The notes under the pieces: model-generated | What the model was told of the DNA's origin: nothing | What the model saw: the letters and a program-made list of their open reading frames with translations, nothing else | Database searches by the model: none | Origin: an uncultured Verrucomicrobiae bacterium | GTDB lineage: Bacteria; Verrucomicrobiota; Verrucomicrobiia; Chthoniobacterales; JAATET01 | Reading direction: 5' to 3' | NCBI GenBank assembly: GCA_963719495.1 | Contig: CAVRCI010000001.1 | Location: forward strand, 354,864 to 418,863 | DNA length: 64,000 nucleotides | Translations under genes and position numbers: made by a program | Part shown: positions 37,302-47,283 of the stretch, one piece after another | How the letters are laid out: the number at the start of each line of letters is the position of its first letter | Numbering within the stretch: the first letter of the stretch is position 1

Positions 37302-38300
37302 CTACCCCACCTCCGCCTTCGGCGGTCGACCCAACAACTCCCCCATCGCCTCCCGCGCGCACTTCCCCTCGAGCACGGCGTGCACCTGTTCCGTCACCGG
37401 AGCCTCCACGCCCAATCGCCGCGCCACCTCCCACACGCTCCGCGTCGTCGGCACCCCCTCGGCCACCATCGTCATCGAATCCAAAATCTCACCCGGTCGC
37501 TCCCCCCGCCCCAACCGCTCGCCGAATCCACGATTCCGACTGTGCCGACTGAAGCAAGTCACCATGAGATCCCCCACCCCGCTCAATCCCGCAAACGTCT
37601 CGCGCCGACCGCCCAAGGTCACCCCGAGCCGCATCATCTCCGCCAGCGCCCGCGTCACCAGCGCCGCCTTCGCGTTGTCCCCCATCCCAAATCCATCCGA
37701 CACCCCCGCCGCGATCGCGAACACGTTCTTCAACGCGCCGCCGAGCTGGATCCCCGCCACGTCATCGCTCGTGTAAGTCCGAAACGTCGCCGTCGAAAAC
37801 GCGTCCTGCAGCGCCGGCAGGATCTCCGCCGCCTCCGATCCCACCACCCCCGCCGCTGGCACCCTGCGCGCGATCTCGTTCGCCAGATTCGGTCCGGAAA
37901 GCACCGCCATCCGCCGACCCGGCAACTCGTCCGCGATCACCGCGCTCATCAGCAAGCCCGACCCATGCTCCAACCCTTTCGTGCACGAGACCACCACCGC
38001 GTCCGCCGCCACGCCCGCCCGCTCCAGCTCGCCCGCCACCCCCCGCGTCGCCTTCGAGGGCGTCACCACCACGACCAACCCCGCCCCCGCGACCGCCTCG
38101 TCCATCGCCGTCGTCGCCCGCACGTTCGCCGGCACACTCACGCCCGGCAGGTAGGATGCGTTCACCCGATCCGCCGCGATCTGCGCCGCCACGTCCGCGT
38201 TGTGAGACCACAGCCGCACGTCCGCCCCCCGCTCCGCCAACAGCACCGCCAGCGCCGTCCCCCAGCCACCAGCCCCCACCACGCAAATTTTCTCAAACAT
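37302..38300 (-). CDS. gpsA: NAD(P)H-dependent glycerol-3-phosphate dehydrogenase
   Basis: GAGGWGTALA, TKGLE, LSGPN, GGALKNV, GDLMVTC, SRN, VAEGV. Confidence 0.97.
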   Translation of the reverse strand: MFEKICVVGAGGWGTALAVLLAERGADVRLWSHNADVAAQIAADRVNASYLPGVSVPANVRATTAMDEAVAGAGLVVVVTPSKATRGVAGELERAGVAADAVVVSCTKGLEHGSGLLMSAVIADELPGRRMAVLSGPNLANEIARRVPAAGVVGSEAAEILPALQDAFSTATFRTYTSDDVAGIQLGGALKNVFAIAAGVSDGFGMGDNAKAALVTRALAEMMRLGVTLGGRRETFAGLSGVGDLMVTCFSRHSRNRGFGERLGRGERPGEILDSMTMVAEGVPTTRSVWEVARRLGVEAPVTEQVHAVLEGKCAREAMGELLGRPPKAEVG

Positions 38301-38949
38301 CATTTTCGTTCCGCTCGCGTCGCTCCGACTTCTTCTCGAACCGCGGCTCCGTCCCCGCCAGCAGTCGTCTCACGTTCCCGCGGTGACGCCACACCGCCAT
38401 CGTCCCCATCGCCAGTCCGACCCAAACGTAGGCCGCCACCGCGTTCGGCCATCCCAACAGCCACAGGCCAAACAGCGACACCGGCACCATGATCGAGCAC
38501 GCGATCGAAGCCAGCGACACGTAGCGCGTCGCGAAGAAAAACAGCAGCCACGTCGCCAGCGGAATCACAAAAGCCGGCCACGGAAAAAGCCCCAGAATCA
38601 CCCCGCCCGAAGTCGCGATTCCCTTCCCCCCCTTGAACCCGAGCCAGACCGGAAAATTGTGCCCCACGATCACCATCACCGCCGCCACGATCCCCGCGTA
38701 AGCCGGCACGAGTCCCAGCACCTCCGCCACCACCGTCCGAGCCAGAAAAACCGCCGCAAACCCCTTCCCGATATCGCACGCGAAACAAACGTAACCCCAA
38801 CCCTTCCCCAGCACCCGCAGCGCATTCGTTGCCCCGATGTTCCCGCTCCCCTCCTTGCGGATGTCGACGCCCCGCGCCTTCCCGATGAGGAACCCACTCG
38901 GAATCGATCCGACCAGATAAGCGCCGAGGGCAACCACGAGGTAAAGCAC
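38293..38949 (-). CDS. plsY: Glycerol-3-phosphate acyltransferase PlsY
   Basis: YLVGSIP, GSGNIGATN, GHNFPVW..FKGGKGIAT, HRGN. Confidence 0.96.
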   Translation of the reverse strand: MLYLVVALGAYLVGSIPSGFLIGKARGVDIRKEGSGNIGATNALRVLGKGWGYVCFACDIGKGFAAVFLARTVVAEVLGLVPAYAGIVAAVMVIVGHNFPVWLGFKGGKGIATSGGVILGLFPWPAFVIPLATWLLFFFATRYVSLASIACSIMVPVSLFGLWLLGWPNAVAAYVWVGLAMGTMAVWRHRGNVRRLLAGTEPRFEKKSERRERNENDV

Positions 38950-39031
38950 CCGCCCCTTGTCCCCACCGCCCCGCCGCGACACAAGGAAAATTCGGGAATG
39001 AAATCCCGCCGACCGCGTCTAACGTGGACGC

Positions 39032-39589
39032 ATGAAACCCACAATCCTCGCTCTGGCCACCTTGTGCGCCGTCGCGCTCGCCCTTACCCTCTTCCCCATG
39101 AACAAAACCGCCCACGCCGCCGACCAAGAACTTCCCGCCGCCGTGTCCATCAGCGCCCCCGACGCCAACGGCCAGCCCGGCCCGGCCCAGGAAGTCCCGA
39201 CGATCAAAAAATCCGCCGACGAATGGAAAGCCGAGCTCGGCGATCAAGCCTACCGCGTCCTCCGCCAGGAAGGCACCGAGCGCCCGTTCTCCAGTGACAT
39301 GCTGAAGATCAAAGAACCCGGCCTCTTCGTGTGCGCCGCCTGCGGCACCGCCCTCTTCGACGAAAAGACGAAGTTCGACTCCGGCACCGGCTGGCCCAGC
39401 TTTTACGCCCCGTTCGCCCCGGAAAACATCGTCGAAAAAACCGACCGCAGCCTCGGAATGAGCCGCACCGAAGTCGAGTGCCCAAGGTGCGGCGGCCATC
39501 TCGGCCACGTCTTCCCCGACGGCCCCGCCCCCACCGGCCTCCGCTACTGCATCAACGCCGCCAGCCTCAAATTCGAGCCAGCAGAGTAG
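39032..39589 (+). CDS. msrB: Peptide-methionine (R)-S-oxide reductase with a signal peptide
   Basis: GTERPF, KFDSGTGWPSF, HLGHVFPDGP, RYCIN; hydrophobic N-terminus. Confidence 0.95.
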   Translation: MKPTILALATLCAVALALTLFPMNKTAHAADQELPAAVSISAPDANGQPGPAQEVPTIKKSADEWKAELGDQAYRVLRQEGTERPFSSDMLKIKEPGLFVCAACGTALFDEKTKFDSGTGWPSFYAPFAPENIVEKTDRSLGMSRTEVECPRCGGHLGHVFPDGPAPTGLRYCINAASLKFEPAE

Positions 39590-39748
39590 CGGTTGGTTAT
39601 TGGTTATTGGTTATTGGTTATTGGACAAGCGCCCACGCGCAGCGCGCCCAATTCCGCGAAAAACCTCCGCCAAGCCAACTTGAGGAGCGGCGATTTCCAA
39701 TCGCCGAACCAACCCAAATCCGCAAAGCGGATCACTTTGTATTCGCCG

Positions 39749-40189
39749 TCACTCCCGGTGATAAGGTCCCCCGGCCAGGATCGAGTGCGCCCGGTAGATC
39801 TGCTCCGCCACCACCACGAGCGCCAGCTCGTGCTGCAGCGTCAGCCGCCCAAGTGCCAGCACCAGATCCGCGGCCGCTCGCGTCTCCGCCGTGTGGCCAT
39901 CCGCACCGCCAATCAACACGGCAAATTGGCGCGTGCCCCCATCCCGCCGCTTTCCGACAAACCGCGCGAACTCCCCACTCGAAAACTCCCGCCCCCGCTC
40001 GTCCAGCAGGATCCGAAACATCCCCGCCGATCGCGCCAACAAGGCCGCACCCTCCGCCGCCGCGTCGTCCCCCTTCACCGCGACAAACTCCACCTCCGCC
40101 ACCCGGCGAATCCGCGCGAGGTAATCCTCGAACCCCGCCCGCGCGAACGCCAATTTCGGTTTCCCCACCACCACGAACGTCCACTTCAT
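39749..40189 (-). CDS. rlmH: 23S rRNA (pseudouridine1915-N3)-methyltransferase
   Basis: VGK, LDERG, IGGADG, TLQHELA, EQIYRA, GGPYHRE. Confidence 0.95.
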   Translation of the reverse strand: MKWTFVVVGKPKLAFARAGFEDYLARIRRVAEVEFVAVKGDDAAAEGAALLARSAGMFRILLDERGREFSSGEFARFVGKRRDGGTRQFAVLIGGADGHTAETRAAADLVLALGRLTLQHELALVVVAEQIYRAHSILAGGPYHRE

Positions 40190-40293
40190 CGATCCACAGA
40201 CTAAACAGCACCCCTCTGATCGAATGCATTCTCTTTCAGGATAAAAATCTGCGTCCCTCTGTTTAATCTGCGGACAGCCCCGCATTCGACCCA

Positions 40294-41595
40294 ATGATCA
40301 CCATCACTCTCCTCAGCCTCTTCCTCCTCCAGGCCAGCCCGCTCCCGGAAGCAAAACCACCCGCCGCCATCCCCGAGGCCGCCTCCATCGACCCCGAAGC
40401 CACCCCCGCCGATGCCCGCATCGCCGAGCGGCTCACCGACATCTTTTCGCAGATCGGCGACCTCGACGCCGTCACGGTCACCGTCCGGTCCGGCGTCGTC
40501 ACCCTCGCGGGCACCGTCCCCGGCAAGCAATCCGCCGAGGAAGCCCTCGCGCTCACCCGAAAGATCACCGGCGTCGTTTACGTCCGCGACCGCATCGAAG
40601 AAGCCACCGAGGTCTCCGCCCGGGTCTCTCCCGCGATCGCCAAGCTTCGCGATCTCTGGAAGCGCACCCGCGCACTCCTCCCCGTCATCGCCGTCGCCGT
40701 TGCGATCGTCGTCGCTTTCTGGCTGCTCGGCAGCTTCCTCGCCCGTCGCCGCGGCCTCTTCCGCTGGCTGGGGTTCAGCGACCTCGCGAGCGAGCTCGCC
40801 CGCCGGGTCATCCGCACTGTCATCGTCGGCCTTGGCGTCGTCATCGCCCTGGAGATCCTCGACGCCACCGCGGTCGTCGGCGCGATTCTCGGCATCGCGG
40901 GTGTCGCCGGCGTCGCCCTCGGCTTCGCTTTCCGCAACATCGTCGAGAACTACCTGGCCGGCGTCCTACTCAGCACCCGCAACCCGTTTTCCATCGGCGA
41001 CCACGTCGAAATTGGCGGCTTCTCCGGCAAGGTCGCCCGCCTCACCTCGCGCGACACCGTCCTCATGACCCTCGACGGCAACCACCTCCGGATCCCCAAC
41101 GGCTCCGTCATCAACAAGGAGCTCATCAACTACACCCGCAATCCCCTCCGCCGCTTCGAGTTCGCCGTCGGCGTCTCCGTCGACCTCGACCTCAATGACG
41201 CCCGCAACGTTGGCCTCGAAACTCTCCGCGCCCTCCGCGGCATCCTCGCCGACCCGGCCCCCGCCGCGCTCGTCGAAGAACTCGGCGACAGCGCCGTTGT
41301 CCTCCGTTTCTTCGCGTGGATCGACCAGACCGACAGCGATTTCCTGAAAGCCCGCAGCGAAGCCATCCGCATGGTCAAATCCGCCTTCGACGAGCACGAC
41401 ATCGAGATGCCCGAACCCATCTACCGCGTTCACCTCCGCGACAAGGTCCCAGCGCCCGACTCCGCCCCGGCACCGTCCAAGAAGTCACTCCCAAAGTGCG
41501 ACCCCGCCCAAGCCGACGTCGCCACCGACCACACCATCGACAAACAACTCGCCGCCGACATCGCCAATTCGACCGAACCCAACCTCCTCAAATAG
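40294..41595 (+). CDS. MscS mechanosensitive channel with an N-terminal BON domain
   Basis: GVVTLAG BON motif; GFAFRNIVENYLAG, PFSIGD, IPN. Confidence 0.9.
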   Translation: MITITLLSLFLLQASPLPEAKPPAAIPEAASIDPEATPADARIAERLTDIFSQIGDLDAVTVTVRSGVVTLAGTVPGKQSAEEALALTRKITGVVYVRDRIEEATEVSARVSPAIAKLRDLWKRTRALLPVIAVAVAIVVAFWLLGSFLARRRGLFRWLGFSDLASELARRVIRTVIVGLGVVIALEILDATAVVGAILGIAGVAGVALGFAFRNIVENYLAGVLLSTRNPFSIGDHVEIGGFSGKVARLTSRDTVLMTLDGNHLRIPNGSVINKELINYTRNPLRRFEFAVGVSVDLDLNDARNVGLETLRALRGILADPAPAALVEELGDSAVVLRFFAWIDQTDSDFLKARSEAIRMVKSAFDEHDIEMPEPIYRVHLRDKVPAPDSAPAPSKKSLPKCDPAQADVATDHTIDKQLAADIANSTEPNLLK

Positions 41596-41734
41596 GGCGT
41601 CACCACCCGTTTCGGAGGGCAGCCGGAGCGAAGCGGAGACAGTCGGGTTACTTCCGACAACGCTCCCGCCGAGCCGCGTCGGCACAATCAATGCGCCGAA
41701 TCACCCGCCGCGCCACATCGACACCCCGCGACCG

Positions 41735-42250
41735 TCACACACTTGCCACCGGCTTCAAACTCCCCGGCACGTCCGGATCCTCGTTCCGCACGACGTTCAA
41801 CGTCCCATCCGTCTCCAGGATCACCGAGTGGCAATCCTGCAATCCATCCAAACGCTGAGACCGCGCCGCGCACAGGATCTCCTCCCGCGTCACCCGCTCC
41901 CGCCGCATTCGGTCATCCAGATATTTCCCATCGTGAAAGAGCAGCGTCGGCTCCGCCTTCACGACCCGCTTGAACCATTCCGACCGCACCGACAACCACG
42001 TCACCACGAATTGCCCGCCGATCAGCACGACCATCCCCGCCACCCCCTCGGCCACCGATACTTTTTCGTTGAGCATCGTCCCCGCCAGCAACGAACCGAA
42101 CGCCACCGTCACGACAAAATCGAACATGTTCATCTTCGAAAGCGTCCGCTTCCCCGACAGCCGCAGCAGCGCGACGATCGCGACGTAAGCCGACAGGCCC
42201 ACCACGAAAACCCGGAAAATATCGTGCCAGCCATCAAAGAACATCGGCAC
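41735..42250 (-). CDS. DUF421 (YetF-like) membrane protein
   Basis: LRLSGKRTLSKMNMFDFVV, PTLLFHDG, ILETDG. Confidence 0.9.
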   Translation of the reverse strand: MPMFFDGWHDIFRVFVVGLSAYVAIVALLRLSGKRTLSKMNMFDFVVTVAFGSLLAGTMLNEKVSVAEGVAGMVVLIGGQFVVTWLSVRSEWFKRVVKAEPTLLFHDGKYLDDRMRRERVTREEILCAARSQRLDGLQDCHSVILETDGTLNVVRNEDPDVPGSLKPVASV

Positions 42251-42372
42251 CTGATCGCCGCTCCCACCCTCTTCGGCCCTACATCAAAGCGATCTCGGAT
42301 TAATTCCGAGATCCAAGAGGAAAATCAGCTCGGGACACCCGCAACTCCATTGCACTGTCCGATTGGTTGGCG

Positions 42373-43371
42373 ATGCCCGAGTTCGCGCCCCCGTCGATCA
42401 CCCAACGCCTGTCCCGGCTAACGCTTCCGATACCCAGCGAAGCTTCCGTCGGCGCCGCGATGCGCGACCTGATTGCCGCGGATCTCGCGGACCCGCCCCA
42501 TCCCGGTGGCGGCCAGACTGCGGTCCGTTGGAATTGCCTCGCCCGGGTCGGAGCGATCGACCTCAGCCTCGCCAAGCTCTACGAGAGCCACGCCGACGCC
42601 CTCGCCATTCTCGCGGAGTTGGAAGCGACGGCCGATCCGGCCCTTCTTCACGCCGTTTGGGCGGCGGAGGATCCGCGCGCACCGCTACACTTTCGAGATG
42701 GCCAGCTCACCGGTGCCAAGTCTTGGTGCTCCGGAGCCGCCACCGTCGACGTCGGTCTCGTGACCGCATCGGATTCCAAAGGCCGCTCTGTTCTCGTCCG
42801 GGTCGAACTCGATCACTTGACCGTCACCGTTCAAACCTCCGGGTGGAGGTCAAACGCCATGGCGGCTGCCGGAACGACCGAATTGCGCTTCGACGGCGCG
42901 CCGGCCGAAGTGATCGGCGGACCTGAATCCTACCTCGATCGACCCGGCTTCTGGCACGGGGGAGCCGGAATTGCCGCCGTTTGGTTCGGAGCCGCCACCG
43001 CCCTCGGAGATCGGCTCGCGACGGGACTGGAAGGCCGGGATGAGCCTCATGCCCTCGCTCACTTCGGTGCCATCGACGCGGACTTGGCGGCCACCCGCGC
43101 CCTGCTTCACGAATCCGCCGCCTGGATCGACGTCCAACCCCGCGCCGACGCCTTCGCCGTCGCGATGCGGGCCCGGCTTGCGGTCGAGGCCTCCGCCCGC
43201 AACGTCCTCGACCGCGTCGGCCGGGCACTGGGCCCCGGACCGCTGGCGGCGGAATCCGGGTTTGCCCAACGCCACGCGGACCTCGACATGTTCATCCGTC
43301 AGAGTCACGCCGAGCGCGACGCCGCGAGCCTTGGAGCGATCAGCCGAAACCACCGCATCGCCCCATGGTGA
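42373..43371 (+). CDS. Acyl-CoA dehydrogenase-like protein
   Basis: LAKLYESHADALAIL, KSWCSGA, YLDRPGFWHGG, FIRQSHAERD. Confidence 0.85.
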   Translation: MPEFAPPSITQRLSRLTLPIPSEASVGAAMRDLIAADLADPPHPGGGQTAVRWNCLARVGAIDLSLAKLYESHADALAILAELEATADPALLHAVWAAEDPRAPLHFRDGQLTGAKSWCSGAATVDVGLVTASDSKGRSVLVRVELDHLTVTVQTSGWRSNAMAAAGTTELRFDGAPAEVIGGPESYLDRPGFWHGGAGIAAVWFGAATALGDRLATGLEGRDEPHALAHFGAIDADLAATRALLHESAAWIDVQPRADAFAVAMRARLAVEASARNVLDRVGRALGPGPLAAESGFAQRHADLDMFIRQSHAERDAASLGAISRNHRIAPW

Positions 43372-44096
43372 CCGACCGCCAGATCGCCGGGCGCGGCACG
43401 AGCGAGGATCGTTGGATGGGCTGCCGGCACCTCGGCGCGTTGCGCTCCGTCGAGCCCGAGACCCTCGTCCCCCCGGGCCACCGGCTCGTCGTCTGCGCTC
43501 CCCACCCCGACGATGAGGTCCTCCCTTGCGGCGGCCTGCTCGCGATGCTTCGCGACCGCGACACCCTCGTCATTGCCATTACCGACGGAGAGGCGAGTCA
43601 CCCGGAGCACGTTGATTCGCTCCGAACCCTGCGTCCGATCGAGTCCGCCAAAGCGCTGAAAAAGCTGCAATCCTCAGGGTTTGTTCAACGGCTGCGTTTC
43701 GCCGACGGCGGCCTTTCCAAAGCTGAGTATCAACTGACTCGAGAGTTGGAGGCCATCTTCGAACCGACCGACATCGTGCTGACCCCGTGGCAGTCGGACG
43801 GGCACCCGGATCATGAAGCGACGGCACGAGCGGTGATCGGGGCAGCGAGGGTGGTCGGTGCCGCCCGACCGATCGAAATGCCGATTTGGGGCTGGCACTG
43901 GGCGGAGCCTGACGGTCGATCCATGCCTTGGGACCGCGCGGTCAAGGTCTGGCTCGACGACGATGCGTGGGGCGCGAAGTGGCGCGCAATCAATGAGTTC
44001 ACGACCCAATTGACGACTCGCTACGGAGACGCGCCCATTCTTCCACCCCACGTCCTCCGCCGATTCGACCGACCGTGGGAGGTCTATTTTCGATGA
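43365..44096 (+). CDS. PIG-L/LmbE family deacetylase
   Basis: APHPDDE, TDGEASHP, DGHPDH. Confidence 0.92.
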   Translation: MVTDRQIAGRGTSEDRWMGCRHLGALRSVEPETLVPPGHRLVVCAPHPDDEVLPCGGLLAMLRDRDTLVIAITDGEASHPEHVDSLRTLRPIESAKALKKLQSSGFVQRLRFADGGLSKAEYQLTRELEAIFEPTDIVLTPWQSDGHPDHEATARAVIGAARVVGAARPIEMPIWGWHWAEPDGRSMPWDRAVKVWLDDDAWGAKWRAINEFTTQLTTRYGDAPILPPHVLRRFDRPWEVYFR

Positions 44097-44692
44097 CGTC
44101 GACCGCCGCCGACCTCGACGAGCTTTATGCAGGCTCCGACGACCCATGGGGCTTTCGCACGCGCTGGTATGAACGGCGGAAGCGCGACCTCCTCCTGGCA
44201 ATCCTGCCGCAAGAGTCTTTCTCGTCGGCCTGGGAGATCGGCTGCTCCAACGGCGAACTCGCGGCCAGCCTCGCGGCCCGCTGCGACCGCCTGCTGGCCT
44301 CGGACGGTAACGAACGCGCGTGCGAGCTCGCCAAACGTCGGCTGGCCGGGTGCGACCACGTTCGCGTCGCGAACCTCTGGCTGCCGGGGCAATGGCCGGA
44401 CCTTTCCTTCGACTTGATCGTCATGAGCGAATTTGCCTACTTCTTGAGTCGCCGCGAATTCGAGGACCTGTTGCCTCGGTTGGCGACTTCGCTGAACGCC
44501 GACGGCGTCTTCGTCGCGTGCCACTGGCGGCACCCGGTCGATTGCGGCGACTTGACCGGCGACGAAATCCACGCCGCTTTTGCCAGCGATCTGCCGTGGA
44601 AACTCGCAGCCTCCCACCAGGAGCCTGATTTCAGAATCGACGCCTGGACCGTCGATCCACGCTCGTCCGCGGAACGGGAGGGTATCCGATGA
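44093..44692 (+). CDS. NodS-like SAM-dependent methyltransferase
   Basis: DDPWGF...WYERRKR, EIGCSNG, FDLIVMSE, CHWRH. Confidence 0.88.
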   Translation: MTSTAADLDELYAGSDDPWGFRTRWYERRKRDLLLAILPQESFSSAWEIGCSNGELAASLAARCDRLLASDGNERACELAKRRLAGCDHVRVANLWLPGQWPDLSFDLIVMSEFAYFLSRREFEDLLPRLATSLNADGVFVACHWRHPVDCGDLTGDEIHAAFASDLPWKLAASHQEPDFRIDAWTVDPRSSAEREGIR

Positions 44693-45354
44693 TCGCGGTC
44701 ATCATTCCCGCCCACAACGAGGAGGATCTCCTGGCGGCGTGTCTCAAATCCGTCGTCCGCGCGAGCTACGATCCGGCGCTCAAAGGAGAACGCGTCCGGA
44801 CGTTCGTTGTGCTCGACGCCTGCACCGACAATTCCGCGGCCATCGCGGAACGCTTCGGAGTCGACCGAATCACGTGCCAGGTTCACAATGTCGGTCACGC
44901 CCGTGCGCTGGGCGCGGCCGCGGCGCTGGAAGCCGGGGCCCGGTGGCTCGCCTTCACCGATGCGGATTCCACCGTGCCTACGGATTGGGTCAGTCGCCAA
45001 TTGGCGCACGATTCCGACGTGGTCTGTGGTCTCATCGAAGTCGCCGATTGGCTGGATCATCCGAAAACCATCCGAACGCTGTTCGACGCTGGATACGTCG
45101 TCTCCGATGGTCACCGCCACGTGCACGGCGCGAACCTCGGCGTGCGCGCTTCGGTCTACCGGGCATCCGGCGGATTTCAGCACCTCCGGGTGCACGAAGA
45201 TGTCACTCTGATCGCCCACTTGGAAAACGGCGGAGCCAAGATCGCCTGGGCCGCCACACCGCGGGTGACCACGAGCGCCCGCCGTAAAAACCGAGCCCCG
45301 GGCGGGTTCGCCGGTCACCTCGCCACGCTCGCGGCAGCGGCGCCCGACAAGTGA
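44689..45354 (+). CDS. Glycosyltransferase family 2
   Basis: VIIPAHNEE, DACTD, TDAD, HGANLG, HED, TSAR. Confidence 0.9.
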   Translation: MIAVIIPAHNEEDLLAACLKSVVRASYDPALKGERVRTFVVLDACTDNSAAIAERFGVDRITCQVHNVGHARALGAAAALEAGARWLAFTDADSTVPTDWVSRQLAHDSDVVCGLIEVADWLDHPKTIRTLFDAGYVVSDGHRHVHGANLGVRASVYRASGGFQHLRVHEDVTLIAHLENGGAKIAWAATPRVTTSARRKNRAPGGFAGHLATLAAAAPDK

Positions 45355-45477
45355 TGCCGACCAGCGCGGACCTGTCTTCCGCCATGATTTCCGAACGCGA
45401 AAGACCCCGGCATTTCGAATCCACCAAGGGCTCGAAAAACCGGGGCCAATCGTGCGGCTAACTTAGCCGGTCGGAAT

Positions 45478-45918
45478 TTAGATGGCTTTCTGCAATCGTT
45501 CCAAAGTCGCGATGTGCTCGTTGATTTCGACGAGCTTGGCGCGGTAGAGCGTCTTGCACTCGGGCATGACGCCTTCGTCCTCCAAACCGTTTTCGTAATC
45601 CTTCTTCCCGTTCCGTTCACCGGTTGCGAGAGCCGCCACGGCGGAATCGTCACCCAGCAGATTCGCCGCGCCCTGCACCATCGTCGCAAAGGTTCCCCAC
45701 GCGCCCGAGCTTTCCTCTGGCACACCGCCCATCGAACGAACGTTAGTCTCCAGATCGTTGACGGCGGACACGTGGTCGGCGCGAATGCTTCTCAATTCGA
45801 CCAGCGCCGGATCGTCGGCATATTTTTCGATAGCCTGATCGTAGGTCTCCACGGCGGACCGTTCGCCGCGCAGCAGCTTGTTACAATAGTCAATGCAATG
45901 TTCGTTGGTATTAGTCAT
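45478..45918 (-). CDS. PA2169/DUF2383 ferritin-like four-helix protein
   Basis: NKLLRGERSAVETYDQA, DH, GE...Y, EH. Confidence 0.75.
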   Translation of the reverse strand: MTNTNEHCIDYCNKLLRGERSAVETYDQAIEKYADDPALVELRSIRADHVSAVNDLETNVRSMGGVPEESSGAWGTFATMVQGAANLLGDDSAVAALATGERNGKKDYENGLEDEGVMPECKTLYRAKLVEINEHIATLERLQKAI

Positions 45919-46176
45919 AGCGACAAAGATCGCGGATCGAGCCCTTAGTGGATGCAACCTCGACCAAGAATGCCCCAACATTCCACTTCCCAAACGTTTG
46001 GAAGATTGTAGCGCTAATTTCCAGTTGGCACGAAGCTCGATCGACCGAGTGGTCGGTCCGTCCAAGTCGCAGTCCGTCGCTCCTGTCTCCGAAGCCAAAA
46101 CGGCCTTCCTCGTCCCCGCGAATGCGCGGAGGACGGGAAGGCCGTTCGGTTGGAATTTGGTGTGATCCCGGGCGAT

Positions 46177-47283
46177 CTACGCCGGGCGATCTTCCGAGCC
46201 CGCTTCCTTGGCTTGCGCTTCGGCACCACCCGCGGCCGTGTTGGCTGCCGAGGTGGTTACGGCTTTCGCGTCTTCCGCCAGTTGCTCGCCGGAGATCCCT
46301 TCTTCACGCGCGGCGTCTTTTCCGGCGGCGACGGCCTCGGAGATCACGCGTCCCGCCTTCTCGGCCAGATTACCGGGCGTGAGCCCGCGGCCTTCGGCTT
46401 CATCGAGAGCGGAGCCCATCGTTTGTGTCGCGACGTCGCGGGTGCGGGTCGCCGCTTCCGACTTCACATCGTCGGCTGCCTCACCCATCCACGCGTCTTC
46501 CGTCGCCGATCGCGGCAGCAAGAGCCCGGCACAGACTCCGGCGGCCAACAGGATTCCTCCCATGGCGAGCGGATACTCGGCACTCGCGTCCGACACCCGG
46601 TCTCGAAGATCGGAAGCGCGATCCGACATCTGACCGCTCAGCTCGTTGGCCTTGCGGCCCACGGCGCGACGGCGCTGGTGCATCCCGTCCCGGGCACCCT
46701 CCCAGCGGTCGGAAAGACCGGATTGGGCGGACCGTCCGCGTTCGGCGATCGAATCCCGCGTCTCGGCCAGCTTGTCCTTGGCGCGATCGATCATTCCCGG
46801 GCCGGAATCCGGCTCATCGAATTCCGATCCGCCACCCACGGTAGCGTAGGTCTCGTCACGGTATTCACTGCCTACCGACGTCCCGCCGATCGGCTGCCGC
46901 GGCGTTACCGGGTAGCGCGGCACATCCTGATAGCGACTTCCGCCCGACCCAAATTCGTCGTCGGAATCGGTCGAAGCATCGACCAACCACCAAACCAAAC
47001 CCGCTCCAACGAGAAGCGCCGGGACCGGGTTTTCCTTCACGTGGTGCAAGACAGCCCGCCCGGCTTCCCGCGAGGTCTGCGCCGCACCGACACCAGGCTT
47101 CGAGCCGGGCCGCTGGAACAGCGAGACCACGTCGTCGAAAAGATGCCGGGGATGAAGGCGGTCGCCGAGTTCGTCGATGGTGTCGTCCATCCGCCCCCGG
47201 GTGCCCCGGATCTCGCCGCGGATTTCGTCGCTGGAAGCTTCGTCCAGACGTTCGTTTTCTATTTTGCTTTTTGCTGAATCCAT
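46177..47283 (-). CDS. DUF3618-like / LEA-like stress protein
   Basis: IRGEIRGTRGRMDDTIDELGDRL, ENPVPALLVGAG, YPLAMG...LLP...ED. Confidence 0.75.
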   Translation of the reverse strand: MDSAKSKIENERLDEASSDEIRGEIRGTRGRMDDTIDELGDRLHPRHLFDDVVSLFQRPGSKPGVGAAQTSREAGRAVLHHVKENPVPALLVGAGLVWWLVDASTDSDDEFGSGGSRYQDVPRYPVTPRQPIGGTSVGSEYRDETYATVGGGSEFDEPDSGPGMIDRAKDKLAETRDSIAERGRSAQSGLSDRWEGARDGMHQRRRAVGRKANELSGQMSDRASDLRDRVSDASAEYPLAMGGILLAAGVCAGLLLPRSATEDAWMGEAADDVKSEAATRTRDVATQTMGSALDEAEGRGLTPGNLAEKAGRVISEAVAAGKDAAREEGISGEQLAEDAKAVTTSAANTAAGGAEAQAKEAGSEDRPA

